DNA of 64,000 nucleotides, taken from Felis catus. Its lineage: Eukaryota. The stretch is taken from contig NC_058383.1 of the NCBI RefSeq assembly GCF_018350175.1, forward strand, positions 25,298,001-25,362,000, written 5' to 3'. Below are positions 37,399 through 50,649 of this stretch, one piece after another. The stretch's first letter is position 1. Every line of letters starts with the position of its first letter. Both the position numbers and the translations under genes were made by a program. The notes below the pieces were generated by a model that saw only the letters and a program-made list of their open reading frames with translations, ran no database searches and had not been told where the DNA came from.

Positions 37399-38454
37399 CT
37401 AGCCCCTGAAGGAAATGGCATGTGGCATGAGCTGAGAAAGCCAAATGCCACCTCCCTCACCTTGTCTTCCCAAGCCCAAAGGTGGAGTGGTGGAAAACAC
37501 CAAGGCTTCCACATCAGATACTGAAATCCCACACTGATATATCATCTCTCTGTAGCACCTTGAGTTCCTCACCTATGAATTTAAGGATAACCATTTCTTT
37601 CCTGGGAGGCCATGTGTGGAGACCACTGTGAGAGATACCATATGTAAAAGTGCCAAGCAAACAGTAGGTATGCAACAAGTGATCAGAGGTCTGCAATGGC
37701 ACAGGTGAAGTGGAAACTCCCTCTACTTCCCCTGCATCCCAACAGAAGAGAAGTGCCACCTCCATCCTCCACCATCCATGGAGAAATAACACCTGTTATC
37801 CACTGACGTGCAAAACACTTCCCGTCTATTTCACATTTGCAGACCATCATCAATATGCTGCTTCAGCCAGGCAGATACTAAGAGAATTGCCAATCTCCAG
37901 CACAGCCAGCTGCCTCCCTGGTGGGCAGGGAGAAGGGGGAAAGAAGGAGCAGCAGGAAGGGGAAGGAAACAGGGAAGAGGAGGAGGAAAGGTGGAGGAAG
38001 GAGGGAGAAGAAGAGGAGGAAAAGTGAGAGAACAGGAATGGAGCCGAGGCGCAGTACCTCCCCAGACAATACGGGGCCTCCACCACCTCTCTGGCCCTTC
38101 TCAGTGTCCAAGTTGGACAAAGGACCTTTTAGAACCTGGAGGTGGAATTCTCAGAATCCCAGAAGCTGTGTGCATCTGCAGAATGCTTTAATGATGAAAG
38201 CTTTGTATAGGACAAAAAGACCTGGAATCTGCCTGCAGGGGCCAATACTCACCCATCTCATCTCTGGAACTGCCAGAGTGAGAGACAACTGGGGGGTGCT
38301 TTATCAGACTAGCTTCCCTGAATAGCTTTTAGCCACCACCAAAAGTAAGAACCAACATCCACTGGCCACCTACCATTTAACACAATAACCCAGTGAAGAA
38401 AATAATATAATCCCCATTTAACAAGTGAGCACACTGAGGCACAGAAAGGAAGAT

Positions 38455-38540
38455 CCAGGACCATGAGAGAATAAACTTGTGTGGTTTTAAGTCACCTAGT
38501 TTGTGGCAATTTTTCACAGCAGCCACAGGAAACTAATACA
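38455..38540 (+). mobile_element. MLT1 LTR 3' fragment
   Basis: gagagaataaacttgtgtggttttaagtcacctagtttgtggcaat...cagcagccacaggaaactaataca. Confidence 0.75.
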
Positions 38541-39369
38541 AGGGCTTTGCACACGGTTTGACATGTGGCAATCAAGGAGATGATTAGATCTCACCACACA
38601 ACCAACTCAGATCAATCCGTAATGCCTGGTCTCCTTGAGAAAGAAGAGGGTAATTGATTAGTGATGTCTGCCATAGGTAAGGAAACCAGTGTGAACACAA
38701 TACTAGGTATCTGTACTTCCTATAAGAATTTTCAATAAAAAGCTTTGAAATTAATCAACAAATGAGACTTCCACAAAGAGGGTCCTAATGAGATAGACTA
38801 TGTGAGATTGCCTAAATTACCAGAAGTCTCTAAACCAGCTCTGTCTCCAAGCATTCCAAGATCCAGGGAAACTCCAACAGAGATTAGGAGCTCAGTGTCC
38901 TCCCTCCCCACAGCTTCTTGTTGGGGACGGGTAAAAGACCAGCGTATTTTTTCAAATCCATGTCTTTCTTTCCTCACTGTTCCTACAGTCACCATCTCAG
39001 CCCCTGTCCTCATCACCTCATACTCACATTAGGGCACCAGCTCTGTCCAGGTTTCTTTCTCCCAGCTGTTCCCACCAGCATCTCCCATGCAAGGCTGTAG
39101 CTCATCTCTGTGAAATACCACTGCCCTGCTTTTACTCTGTTCGTAACCTCTTTAGGGTCTACCCTTTGCCTTCAGTACAAAACCTAAACTTTTCTGCTTG
39201 ACAATAAATATCTTCTTCCTCTCTTTTTCCTACTTCATGCCCACTTTAGACAAGCTGAGCTGGCAAAATTATTGTCTGGGTGAAAGAACCCAGGTCTTTG
39301 GCCAAGGAAAGCCCTGGGGTGCTCAATATTTTTCTTGGTGTGTATTTGGGAAAACACCAATTATGATGA

Positions 39370-40160
39370 TCTCAGCTGTGAGTAACAGAATTCAGGACTT
39401 CACCTAGCTTCAATGGTTGGAAAATGTCTCATCTCACCTACATGTTGTGCCAAAGACAGTGGGCTTCAGGAGTGGTTGATTCAGCCACTCAGTGGCTGTC
39501 AAGGACCCAGGTTCTTCCCAATTCTTCCCTTAGTCATCCTAGGGGCTGGTGTCCTCAGGTTGATGCTGCTTTATTTTTTGGATGATAAATATCTGAAACA
39601 AGAAGTGAGGCCACATCTTCCTGTTTCTCTCTTTAGGAGCTGTGAGCTTTTCCTAGAAGTCCCTGGCAAATTTACTGTCATTTCCTATTGGCTGCTTTGG
39701 AGGGTCATATGTTCATTCTGAACCGTTCTCTGATTGGGGATTGGGATTACACTTGGGCCAGTCAGATTCATTCCTTGTGCTGGGGCTGAACCCTGATGCT
39801 CATGCCTGGGTCAGGCAGGGGAAGCTAATCAAAAGCAGAGGTCTGAGGGTGCCTGGATGGCTCAGTTGGTTAAGCCCCTCCCCACCCTCCTGATTTTAGC
39901 TCAGGTCCTGATCTCACAGTTGGTGAGACCAAGCCTTGCATCTGGCTCTGTGCTGACAGCAAGGAGCCAACTTGGGATTCTTTCTCTCCCTCTCTCTGCC
40001 CCTTGCCTGCTCATGTGCGTGCACGATCTCTCACTCTCAGTAAATAAATAAACTTAAAAAAAAAAAAAGCCGAGGTCTGCTTGAAAGAGGTAAATGGATG
40101 CTAGTGGGGGGTGGAAGGAGGGGATGGTGGGTGGGCGGCAGCCAATGGCACCCATTACAA
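39370..40160 (-). mobile_element. Old MaLR LTR (MLT1K-like) interrupted by a SINE
   Basis: cagctgtgagtaacagaa...caaggacccaggttcttccc...ttcctagaagtccc...ggtcatatgttcattctgaacc. Confidence 0.55.
39846..40064 (+). mobile_element. Can-SINE
   Basis: TSD aaaagc(a/c)gaggtctg at 39831-39845 and 40065-40079. Confidence 0.92.
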
Positions 40161-40229
40161 AAGAGTTAAAGACACATCCTTGAATTTGACATCTTTTAGA
40201 AATTCCTGGAGGCTTACAAAGATGCCCCA

Positions 40230-40900
40230 CTGCAGCCACCTCCACCCTAATTGAAAGCACCATCATTTTTTGACATGACTGCTGTAGTAGCTTCCTCTAT
40301 GTTCTCCACATCCTCTCTTGGCTCCTCCTGAGGCCCATTCTTGGCTGATATCTGGAGTCACCATTTTTTAAATGTACATTTGATCTTGCCTAAAAGTCCT
40401 CCATGGCTTCCCCCTTGCTCTTAAGATAAAATAAAAACTCTTTTAACATTGACTTAAATGGCCCTGCAGGATCTGGCCCCTGCCCCCTCCCCCCCCCCCC
40501 CACAACATCACTTTGGGTCACTTGCTTCCCTCCATCACTTGTCATAACTTTAAGCTTTGAATCTTACTTTCTCAACTTATTTGAATCTTGAAGGAACTCC
40601 TTCCCTTCTGGGGGACTTTCATAGGCTGTTTCTTCTCTCAATCTGTTGTCTTTCCTTGACAAACTCTCACTGAATGAAATATTTTACGTCCAGAGTTAGC
40701 TTCTTCTGGTACTTGTTCTCAGAGTATCCTTTCCTTCATTGTACTGATCACAATTATAATTACAAAACTTTTTGTGTAATTAATTGACATCCATATCCCC
40801 TTGCTAAAATTTAACCATCAGGAAGGCAGGGACAAGATTAATTTTCTCTTTTACTGTATCCCTCTTAACCTGGCATGTAGTAGGTGCTCAATAAATAATG
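40230..40900 (+). mobile_element. L2 fragment with 3' end
   Basis: ccatggcttcccccttgctcttaagataaaat...ggaaggcagggac...cctggcatgtagtaggtgctcaataaat. Confidence 0.75.
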
Positions 40901-40959
40901 GACATTTTCAGGACTTCTGAGTGGTGAGCAATAGCAACCCACGATATTGTTTAGAATAT

Positions 40960-41430
40960 AATTCCAGGTCCTGTGCCAGAGACCCAGAGTACTAGGGCTC
41001 AATGAAATAAGGCTTTCTTTTTCTGACATGTATTAGTCTTGGTGTAAGCATTCCCAGGCTGATGCAAGAGCTCTATGATGTTAGGGATCCAGGCTCCCTT
41101 GTTGCTCCATTATCCCTTGGGCACTGCCCTCATCATTATGATGCAAGGCAGCTTATGGCCACATCAACACTCCTGTCAGCAGGAAGGGGGGAAAATAAAA
41201 TGGGTAGGGGAAACTCCACCCTTTTTGTTCAAGGATCCAACCCTAAAATTACACACAAGCTTTCTGTTTAGCATCCACTGGCCAGAGCTTAGTCACAGCA
41301 TCACTCAGATGTAAGGGGACAGGTGGGAAATACAGTCTTTATTTTGGGCAGCCCACATAGACAGCCAGAAATCAGAGGTCTTAAAGAAGAAAGGAAGAAT
41401 GGATATCAGGATAACATTATCACTACCTTG
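40960..41430 (-). mobile_element. Old MaLR LTR (MLT1J/K/L-like)
   Basis: catccactggccagagcttagtcacagcatcactcagatgtaaggggacaggtgggaaatacagtctttatt; similar to 23283-23752. Confidence 0.6.
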
Positions 41431-44400
41431 AACAAGGTTAGGCCATTTATTGCTTCGCATAATCCCTCAAACATGGTTAACAATCAAACCTCATGAAACG
41501 CAGGGACACTCTGGGCCTCAGAACAAGGAGAACTAGGACAGACTCTTCCTCTGTCTTCATTTCTACTCTCTTTGCCTGTCATCTCTTTCTCATTGTGACA
41601 GCTCCTGAATTATACATCTTACAATGTACACAGCTGGAGAGAGACTGGATCTCTTTATCAATTCCTGGAGAAGTCCAATGCCCACTTTGAATAAAGCAAT
41701 CGTGGTGAGGGAGACAGGGCCCTATAAGAACATTCTACTAAAACTAAGTGGGTAAACACAGATGCCTCCTACATGACATAAAGACAGAATGAATGAATGA
41801 GTGAATTTGCACATCCTTACCCGTCATCTTGTATTTCTGGCTAACATTCATGTGCCAACACCTTAAAAGCCAAAGTCTCCATGTGACCCCATTCCTATCT
41901 CCCCAGATGCTGGGATCATTCAATGAACACGTGTTGAGACAGTCAAAGAATCAATACTTGACATTAATGTCAGACAGTACTATAAAGATGATCAATGGAC
42001 TAAATATATAGTGAACCTGAGAGTGGGAAAACTTAGCAACTGTGCAATGGAAAATGTAACAGTGGACTTGGAAAAGCCCCAAGGCTGTGGTTTGCTGAGT
42101 CTGCTCTTTGTGTTCAGCTGATGGGAGGTCCTCGGGGTGCAATAAGGGCAGCACGTGCTAATTGAGGCCAGAAATCGTCTTCATTACCAGAGTGTTTCTG
42201 TTATCCTTTAGATCTAAATGAGACCCAGTGGGGTAAGTTTGGAACATGATTACCAGAGATATTGCAAGGTAGCTCATTAACATAATTCCCCTCATTAGAA
42301 ACCAAAGAAGCTCTTGTTGAAAATTTTCCACTAAATATTACAGGGCCATAATTCCTGCATCATTAGGTGCATAGCTCTGAATTCTAATTGTAAACCTTCC
42401 CCTCTGATCTGTGAAAGGCTCAGCTCTAGAGTGCCTCCTTTCTTTCATTCAATAAAAATTATTGTATTGTGTACCGGATTAGGTGCTAAAGATAGAGATA
42501 AGAGAGAGTCCCTGACCTCAAGAAGCTCATAGTCTTATAGGTGGGACAGGGAAATAGAAGCATAATTGCAATGCAAAAGATACATGTGTGTATTTGTATG
42601 AAAGAGAGGGTGGGGTGGGGGTGGGAAGAATATGAGAAAGATATTTGGAAAAACCTAACAGCTTCTCAGCTTGGTGGAGAGAGTTGAGGTGGGAAAGAAG
42701 GGTCAGGGAAAGCTTTCCAAACTATGTAGTCCATTAGCTATTTTGAGGATCACTGTGTGAAAATTCAGAGAAAGGTATTTCTGGCTGGGGAACAACATGT
42801 ACAAACGCCTAGAGGCCTGAGGAACAAAATCAGGTCCAGGGACCTGCAGATAGGTAGTTCATCATGTCCAGAATTTAAGAGAGCAAATTGAGAAGTAGAG
42901 ATAGGCACGTATTGGTGGATGGGAGTCATATCACAACATATTTTGGAAATCATGATAAGGAAGCATTTTCAAGGCTAAGAGAAGAGGGAAAGTGAGAGGT
43001 GAAGGAGGTCAGTGATAAAACACTTCACATGTGATACCTGGAGGATCACCCTCCTAGCAAAAGCCCCTTCTTCCTACCCTAGAAACTTTTCCACTCCCTC
43101 CAATCTCCACCATGTTAACATGGTGGCAGTCAGAGGCACCAGGTTACAATTTGACTGGACAGTTGACTGAGTTGGAAGAAGATCACCTCATTCATGTTGA
43201 ACCACTCAGGCTTTAGGAATGTTCTGAAATGACGAATGCATTTTAGGGGAATGAGAGAGCTTTTCTCAACTTATCAGAAGATTACTCCAACCTCTTATTG
43301 ACTAAGACCCAAACAAGATGGGGGGAGATGGTGACTTTCCTAGGACCACACAGCAAGACACCCAGGCCCACCTTTTTCCCACTTGCTTGAGCAAAAAGGA
43401 GAAAGGTTTTTCAAAGCATAAGCTACTCTCATGCCTTCTGCTTCAAATTTTTCTACTAGTCTTTTCATTATTTCAGCCCACGCCCACCCCACTTATTTTT
43501 GTTTGACATGATACAGTATCTATCTTGTGAGAAATGGTGAAATGGACTATAATAAATATATTGCTTAAGCGAAGAAAGTTGACAGGAATATAAATATGGG
43601 GCATGATATATAAAGCCCCACACATCTCAATGGCCTCATTTATTAAAATCTTGCCATGCTAAATTTACAAAGAGTACTTGTCTCTCTATGGGTTCTCATA
43701 AAATACTACTTACACCATTGCTCACATATAAAACCCTCCCCAATTTCACTATTAGCTGACCTTTCTCTATGTAAACCTCAAGGACTGGCTAATGTCTACC
43801 AGGGGCTTGGCATTTAGGTGTGTTCAGTGTAGAATTTAGATTTAGATATAAAGTGAAGATATGAAGCTCTGGTCAAGGTTAAAAAATAAGAATTAAAATG
43901 GAATTTCTCAAGGAATCCTGCTCTCTGGGTCATTCCCATTACTAGCCACTCATCTAATTAATCTTGAGCCAGACTCCAAATAAACAAAGTTCATTTATCT
44001 AACTAATATTTATTGAACACCTACTATGTTCTAAGTATTGGCAGGACAGAAATAAATTATCTACATCTTTTGCTCTTAAAGTATTTACAACAGAATGAAA
44101 GAAATAAATAAAGAAACACACCGTTTGGATATATTGTGATAAGTGGTGTGACTGGAAAGGTAAACAGTTGAGAGTCCGTGACTGGCCAGACACTGCCCTG
44201 CCCTTATACCACAGTCTTGTATTTACATATGAATCTCCACTTTATAATTATGGGAAATGAAGCTCAAGGAGGAACCTCCAAAAGTGAGGGATTTGAACCC
44301 AGGTCTGTCTGAATCTGAAGACTGTACTTATTCTCTGGTTCCTTTTGACCCTGGCCTTTAAGATGGGGAACAGGCTCCCCATGTGGGTTCAGCACTGGAT

Positions 44401-44572
44401 AATAGCTAATGTACTTCAACTTTCCCTGTTTCCCTGCTTTAAACTACTACTTCTTGTTCCTATATCCCCACTCCCTAAATGCACACATGAAGGATTTGTT
44501 TGCTTTGCCCTTCGTCCATGCTGATACATATCCATTGCTTGCTGCCCACCATTCACTCCTTTTTCTTCTTTT

Positions 44573-44773
44573 AAAAATTTTTAACATTTATTTATTTTTG
44601 AGAGACAAAGAGAGACAGAGCAGGAGTGGATGAGAGGGGGACACAGATTCCAAAGCAGGCTCCAAGCTCTGAGCTGTCAGCACAGAGCCCGACGTGGGGC
44701 TTGAACCCACGAACCATGAGATCATGACCTGAGCTGAAGTCGGATGCTTAACCAAATGAGCCACCCAGGTGCT
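44573..44773 (-). mobile_element. Can-SINE
   Basis: tttatttatttttgagaga...gagctgtcagcacagagcccgacgtggggcttgaacc...gagccacccaggtgc. Confidence 0.93.
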
Positions 44774-44799
44774 CTCTTTATTCATCTTTTAACAGAACC

Positions 44800-45260
44800 C
44801 TGGTATTCCTTTCCCTCTTTCCATTCACATGCTCAGACAGAGCCAAACCCACAAACATGGCGCAGGCCTAGCCAAGCAGTCACAGTGATGTGTCCCAGCC
44901 CATTCAGAATGCATCTGGGGGTTTTTGCTGAAATTGTTGAGAAAGAGGGGCTGTCTGTTGGCTGAGGATGCTAAGTTGGGTAGTGTAAGCCTGAAGCTGT
45001 CCATAGCCACTCCTGCCTCCATTTGGGGAGAAGCTGCTACATAATGAAGTTAACAGAGGAAGCAGACCCAAGAGCTGGGGAGACACTGATCCTGGATTCC
45101 CTTTCCAGTTCATTTTAGCACTACGCACAGCCAGGCTTGAAACCTGCATTATCATAGATCATCAAGGTACATGAATCAGTAATGCCCCCCTTTTTTTTTA
45201 GCCTAAGCTAACTTGAATTCAGTTTCTGTCATTTCCATCAAAAGAGTCCTAATTAATACA
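44800..45260 (+). mobile_element. Old MaLR LTR (MLT1J/K-like)
   Basis: Ends agcctaagctaacttgaattcagtttctgtcatttccatcaaaagagtcctaattaataca. Confidence 0.6.
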
Positions 45261-46175
45261 TCCACTAGCCTTATTTCCTAGAACCCCTAGAGGCTAGAAC
45301 TGAGACTTAGTAAAGTCTACCATGTCATCTAGCTCCTAAAATCCCCACCAACTAGCCAGCTCTCCACCCAGATAGCAAAGAATTGGGTTAATCTCAGACC
45401 CAGAATCCTGTCAATTCACTCCATCATCTTCCTCAGTGACACTGGGAGGAAATTTGAGAAATGTCCCCTTGCATGGTTTTGGGAGAAGACTATCTCACCA
45501 TGTTGGGTATTTTTGAAGACATACTCCAATATGAGCTCTTAGGAGAAATGTGTGTAGTAGTAAGCTAGGTACCTGGCCTTGCAAAAAAACAAAAAACTCC
45601 CTCTCACAAAAAGTACTAAGTAAAAAAAAAACAAAAAACAAAAACAAAAAGTAGACATAAAATTATAAACAAAGGATGATTTGAAATTTAAACCATGAGA
45701 AGATACATAGTGGAGTAAACTGGGTTGGAACTTTAAAATGTAGTGTTAAGTACCAAAAAAAGAACAAAACTGATGGAGATTTACACATAACACCACTTAA
45801 GTATAATAAAATCACATGCACATAGAAACAACCTTGCATATTTTATAAGTAAACTAGCATTAGGGTCATATATCAAAAACATTAGAGTCTGCCTATGAAG
45901 GAGGGGGTTGGAAATAGGGACTGGGGATGAACAGAGTAGGGAACGATAAGTAAAACAAGAGGGACATTGCCTAAACTAACGATGACTATGTGCTATGAAC
46001 TGGGAAGTATAAGTAACTCTGTTCTCTGTATCTGAGGTTACAGACAAGAATGGAAGGAAGGAAATAGAAGGAAATACTCCAAGATGTTAATGACAGTTGT
46101 ACTTTAGTCAGGGAGCATTTGGTTACCAGGAAGAGAAACTCACTCAAGGAACCTTAGATTACAAGAGGGGTGACT

Positions 46176-46403
46176 GGGCATCTGGGTGGCTCACTTGGTT
46201 AAGTGTCTGACTTTGGCTCAGGTCATGATCTTGCAGTTTGTGAGTTTGAGCCCTACATCAGGCTCCTCACTGGCATTATGGAGCCTGCTTGGGATTCTCT
46301 CTCCTTTCTCTCTGCCCTCCCCTGCTTGCACTCTCTCTCCCTCTTAGATAAGTGAATGAAAGAATACATAAATAAACAACTTAAAATAAAAAAAAAATAA
46401 ACA
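46176..46403 (+). mobile_element. Can-SINE
   Basis: gggcatctgggtggctcacttggttaagtgtctgactttggctcaggtcatgatc...gagcctgcttgggattctctc; A-rich tail. Confidence 0.9.
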
Positions 46404-46959
46404 AAGAGGTCTTACAAACACAACTGTAGATAGTTCAGGCTGGCCTCAAAGAGTTGTACTCTTGGGCACCTTCTCACCTCGCTCCATTGGAACCACATGC
46501 TCTCTCCAATTGGCCTCTCATCCTATCTTCCTCCTTCACCTCCTGCAGACCAACTCCTTGCTCATTCATTGACTTCCTCAGGATCCATCACGGAGACCCC
46601 TGAGGCAGCTCCACACTAGGATCCTTCATGATGGGTCCACATACCTTTGCACTTCAGCCACCATGACCTTTCCCCCAGCTAATAGTCTCTGTGACTCTAT
46701 CCTAAATTTGGGAGAGACAGATATAACTGGCCCAGCATGAGTCAGCTATTTGCCCCTGGTTTAAACAGACTTGTCATAGTGAAAAGGAGTTGGGGCAGAT
46801 GAAAGGGAAATGAAAATGAGCTGGAGGCTAAGAAGACAGCAGGAGGAAAAGATTAGTATATCTTGTACAGACTGTCCCTCAGTGTTGGGATTATGGATGG
46901 TTACTTTCTTTATAATTGTTAGCATGATCCAATTTTCCTAAGATGACATGAGTTGCAAA

Positions 46960-47190
46960 TAGAATGACTGGTGCTTAAAGATACAAGCTTTGGAGTCCGA
47001 CAAAACTGAGTTCACGTTCTTGCTCTTCCACTTCCTATGGATGGTTGGAGCACGCCCCTCTACCTTTCTGAGCCTCTCTTTCTTCATCTGAAGTGTGGGG
47101 TATTAACTTTCTCATAAGCTCTTATAAGCAGTAAGCGAGAAAGAGAAGCAAAGCACAATGTCTCATTCACAGTAATCAATCAAGATATGC
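46960..47190 (+). mobile_element. MIR
   Basis: ctttggagtccgacaaaactgagttcac...ctgagcctctctttcttcatctg. Confidence 0.65.
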
Positions 47191-48020
47191 TTTTATACAT
47201 AAAAAATAGTATACATAATTTTTATAATTAAAAATTCTTAACCAAAAGAAATAAATAAAAGCCTTTACTCTGTTGCTACTGTTTTTTCCTTACCCCATAC
47301 CTCCTTGGAATACAGAATTTATCTGTGCTGGAAATGGCTGTTGGAAATTAGCACTGTATACCAAGAGCCCCCCCCCCCCCACCACATAATCAATAAACTA
47401 AGACAGCTCCCTCTTCCTAGTAGCCCTCATCACTCACTCTAATTGATCATTACGAGGCATGCTCAGAGGGTCCCTAGACTCATATGTTAATTGACTGCAC
47501 ACCCAGTTAACGGGGAACTCCCCAATTCCCCAAGCGTGAGCAGACTCTATGCTCCCTCCTGTACTCACAGTGCATTCTGGGAGCCTTCGGAGGAGAGAAG
47601 GTTGGCAGGTGGTGCATCTGACAATTAATTAGGAGCATGCTGAGAGGTCTGACTCCAAGCCTAGCTAATCGCATCATTAAATCTCCACCCATCCTCCATC
47701 CCATTTCCCAATCCTAAAGGCTCTCCCTAGCCTGCCATTCCTGTTCATTGACAGGCAGTCAGAGGAAGATGTGAGCTCTGCTCAGGTCTGTCCAAGACAG
47801 AGATGGTCCCTCCTCCTCCTGCTGCTCCTCAGTTCTGAGACTGAAAAAACTGACCAGGAATATGTTTTTTGACAACACCTGGGAATGAAAGTGAACCAAC
47901 TTCCTCAAAAGGATGCGTAAGGATTAAAGGAAATAATAGAGAATGAAACGAAGCTTTTCAAGGGGAAAAACCTCAACCTGCATTAGATATGCAAAGCCTG
48001 TTGATCTTTTCCTCTGAGGA

Positions 48021-48524
48021 TGTAGTGCCAGACATGGTTAGTTTGCTCTCTCTTGCCCACATCCCTTCTCCTCTTCTTTACCTGGTTTTGTTCATGGCAT
48101 CCACACATACAACCAAAATAAAATGTTTTTCCCAGGCTCCCTTCAGAGAGGGGTGGCTCCATAACCCACTGCTTTTTGGGGAAATGTAGTAGTAAACCTC
48201 AGACAGGATGACCCTGCACAAATAATATATGGGGGTGCTTTTGCTTACAGCTCTTCACCTTCTCCTCCTTCATCTCCTCAAGGTAGATGCAATGCCTGGG
48301 GGGTGCAGTAACCATTTTACAACCATGAAGAGAAAAGCCAACCTCGAAGGATGACTGAGCTTAAAAATGGAAGGAATCTGGGACTCTAATGGCCCTGTGG
48401 ACAGTCATGACAGCCTGGGCTGCCTCTACGGATTTGCTATTATGTGAAAAAATAAAGCCCTATTTGGTGAAACCACTGTAGGCAGCTCTTACCCTCATTT
48501 GAACACACTCCTGAGACTGATACT
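48021..48524 (+). mobile_element. Old MaLR LTR (MLT1J-like)
   Basis: tgtagtg start; gcagtaaccattttacaaccatgaag; ggaaggaatctgggactctaatg; tgtgaaaaaataaagccc. Confidence 0.65.
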
Positions 48525-49747
48525 GACATCAGCCTGACACATAGATGTGTCAATGTACAAAGTTATAGTAACAATAACAATATACTATGATCCCATGTGA
48601 TAGAATTGGATTATTGGGATGTCTGCACAAGACAAACTCTTAGTACAGTTAAAACTCTTTAGTACAGTGACAGGCACATGGCAAATATTCATGAATCTTG
48701 GCCTTTATTACAACTTGAGGTTGAGAAAATGTGTAAGACTTATCAAGAAGTCTTTGATGTAAGACTTATCAAGAATTTGGAAGGAAATCAACACCAAGAT
48801 TTGGGGAACTACAAACAAAGTGATAACACTGATCTTGGGTTCAGAAAACTTCCCCGCCTTAGCAAAGATCCTGGACCTGCTTCTTATAAGGTGTGGGACC
48901 TCTGGAAAACTATTTAACCTCTTGGAACCTCAGTTTCCTCTACTGCAAAATTAAGTAATTATGAGGATTAATACCCAATGTAAGGGCTTAATACATGTGG
49001 TTAGCACTTGTGGTTAATTCCACCTGGAAATGGGAAGCAATCTTAAAGGAGAGAATCCCCCAGGGCATCAAGACAGGTTGCCAGCCAATATCTCAGTCTT
49101 TCGGCAAAGGTGTTTTTTGGCAGGCCCCATGAAAAGCAAGAGGAGGCACTCAGCATATTTCCCACTTTGGTAAAAACCTCTGAGAGAGGCAGTAAATTAC
49201 TGAATCCTTGTTTCAGCTATATCAAACACAGTGCAGATTCCATTGGCATCTAATACTGATATTACAGCCCCCAGGAACAACAAGTGAAAGTAATTAAGTT
49301 TAATGATTCCAACGAACCCAATATGCTTGATTGCAGTGTGTATGCCTAATTATCTTCCTTTTTTGTTGTTGTGTGTGGGGTATAAATAAGGTCTATTTGT
49401 TAAAAAAAAAAGCACTAATTTTAAGATGCATTAGGGAAAGTTGCATCTACAGCACCTTTCTGAAGGGCTCACTCGAAACCCTGAGTGAGGATAAAGTCGC
49501 TTTGCTTGTCAAAATGGCAAAGGAGGAATGATGTAATGCTTAGGTCTCTGAACTGTGGGACAAAACCAGGCTTCCCAACAGCAGAGGAGGAAAGGAAGGA
49601 GGCCCAAGCTCTCCCATCCTCTCCTCACCAAGGTGAAGGAAATACAGAGGTGGAGTAAAGGCTAGAAGCATTCCTGGGGAGGAGATGGTGAGGTCTCACT
49701 ATTGCCTTCGGGCATAAGTCTGCTCTGCTCACCTGGAGACATGCCCC

Positions 49748-50192
49748 TGTGGTAGACTGAATCATTGGTCTCCAACACCTCTCTTTGCCATGTGACTTTC
49801 ACTTCCCTCCACTAAAAGGACAGAGTATATTTCCCCACCCCTTGACTCTGAGTCCAAATGTGACTTACTTTGGCTAATAGGATGAGGTGGAAGTGACAGG
49901 GTGCCAGTTGAAACCTAGGGCTTAAGAGACCTTAAATGCTTCCATTTACCATCTAGTGTTTCTGTTATTGCCATGTGACCATGGCTGGGCTAGCCTGCTG
50001 TTGCCGAGTGGAGAAGGAGAGAAAAACATGGAACAGAGCCATGGAGTCAAGCCCAGCCCGTATCAGCTGGATCTCATCCAAGCCACAAATATGGCGGCTA
50101 AATAGTATATGCTTCTTGTTGATTTATTAAATGACACGGGGTGTTGTTGCTGGTGGGTTTTTTTTAATGCAGCATAAGGGCTTTAATATAAC
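49748..50192 (+). mobile_element. MaLR LTR (MLT1F/G/H-like)
   Basis: tgtggtagactgaat...ctttgccatgtgactttc...tgtgacttactttggctaataggatgaggtggaagtgac...gcttaagagacctt. Confidence 0.75.
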
Positions 50193-50649
50193 AACTAAAA
50201 CCTTTAAATACTTTGAGAATTTTGTGACAATAAGCACTTTTCTGGGGAACGGTTTCCCAGCTTTCCAGGGATCCTGAAAACTGTATCTGACCCAAGGAAA
50301 ATGAGAAACACCCTGTAAGAATTAACCACACCTACCTGTACTCAGCCACAAGGTGACAAATCCTGAGGCGTTATTGGCTCTTGTCTCTAACCCCCAATGT
50401 CTCTTTCCAACTCCACACTCAGTGGCATCACATTAGTAACTTCAAATCAGGCATGATGGTAGTATTTATATCATATAAACCAGCAAACACTATAAAGCAG
50501 GGCATTTTTCCTTCCAGAGAGCTATCAGCATACTAGTGCCTCCTGCTATCACTTGGTCAGATCATCTTGCTGTTTTGACATTAGCAGAGTCTCTTGGAAG
50601 TAGCCCCTCTTCTTCATCTTTGCCTCTACTGTCCTCGCACAGAAGTGGC

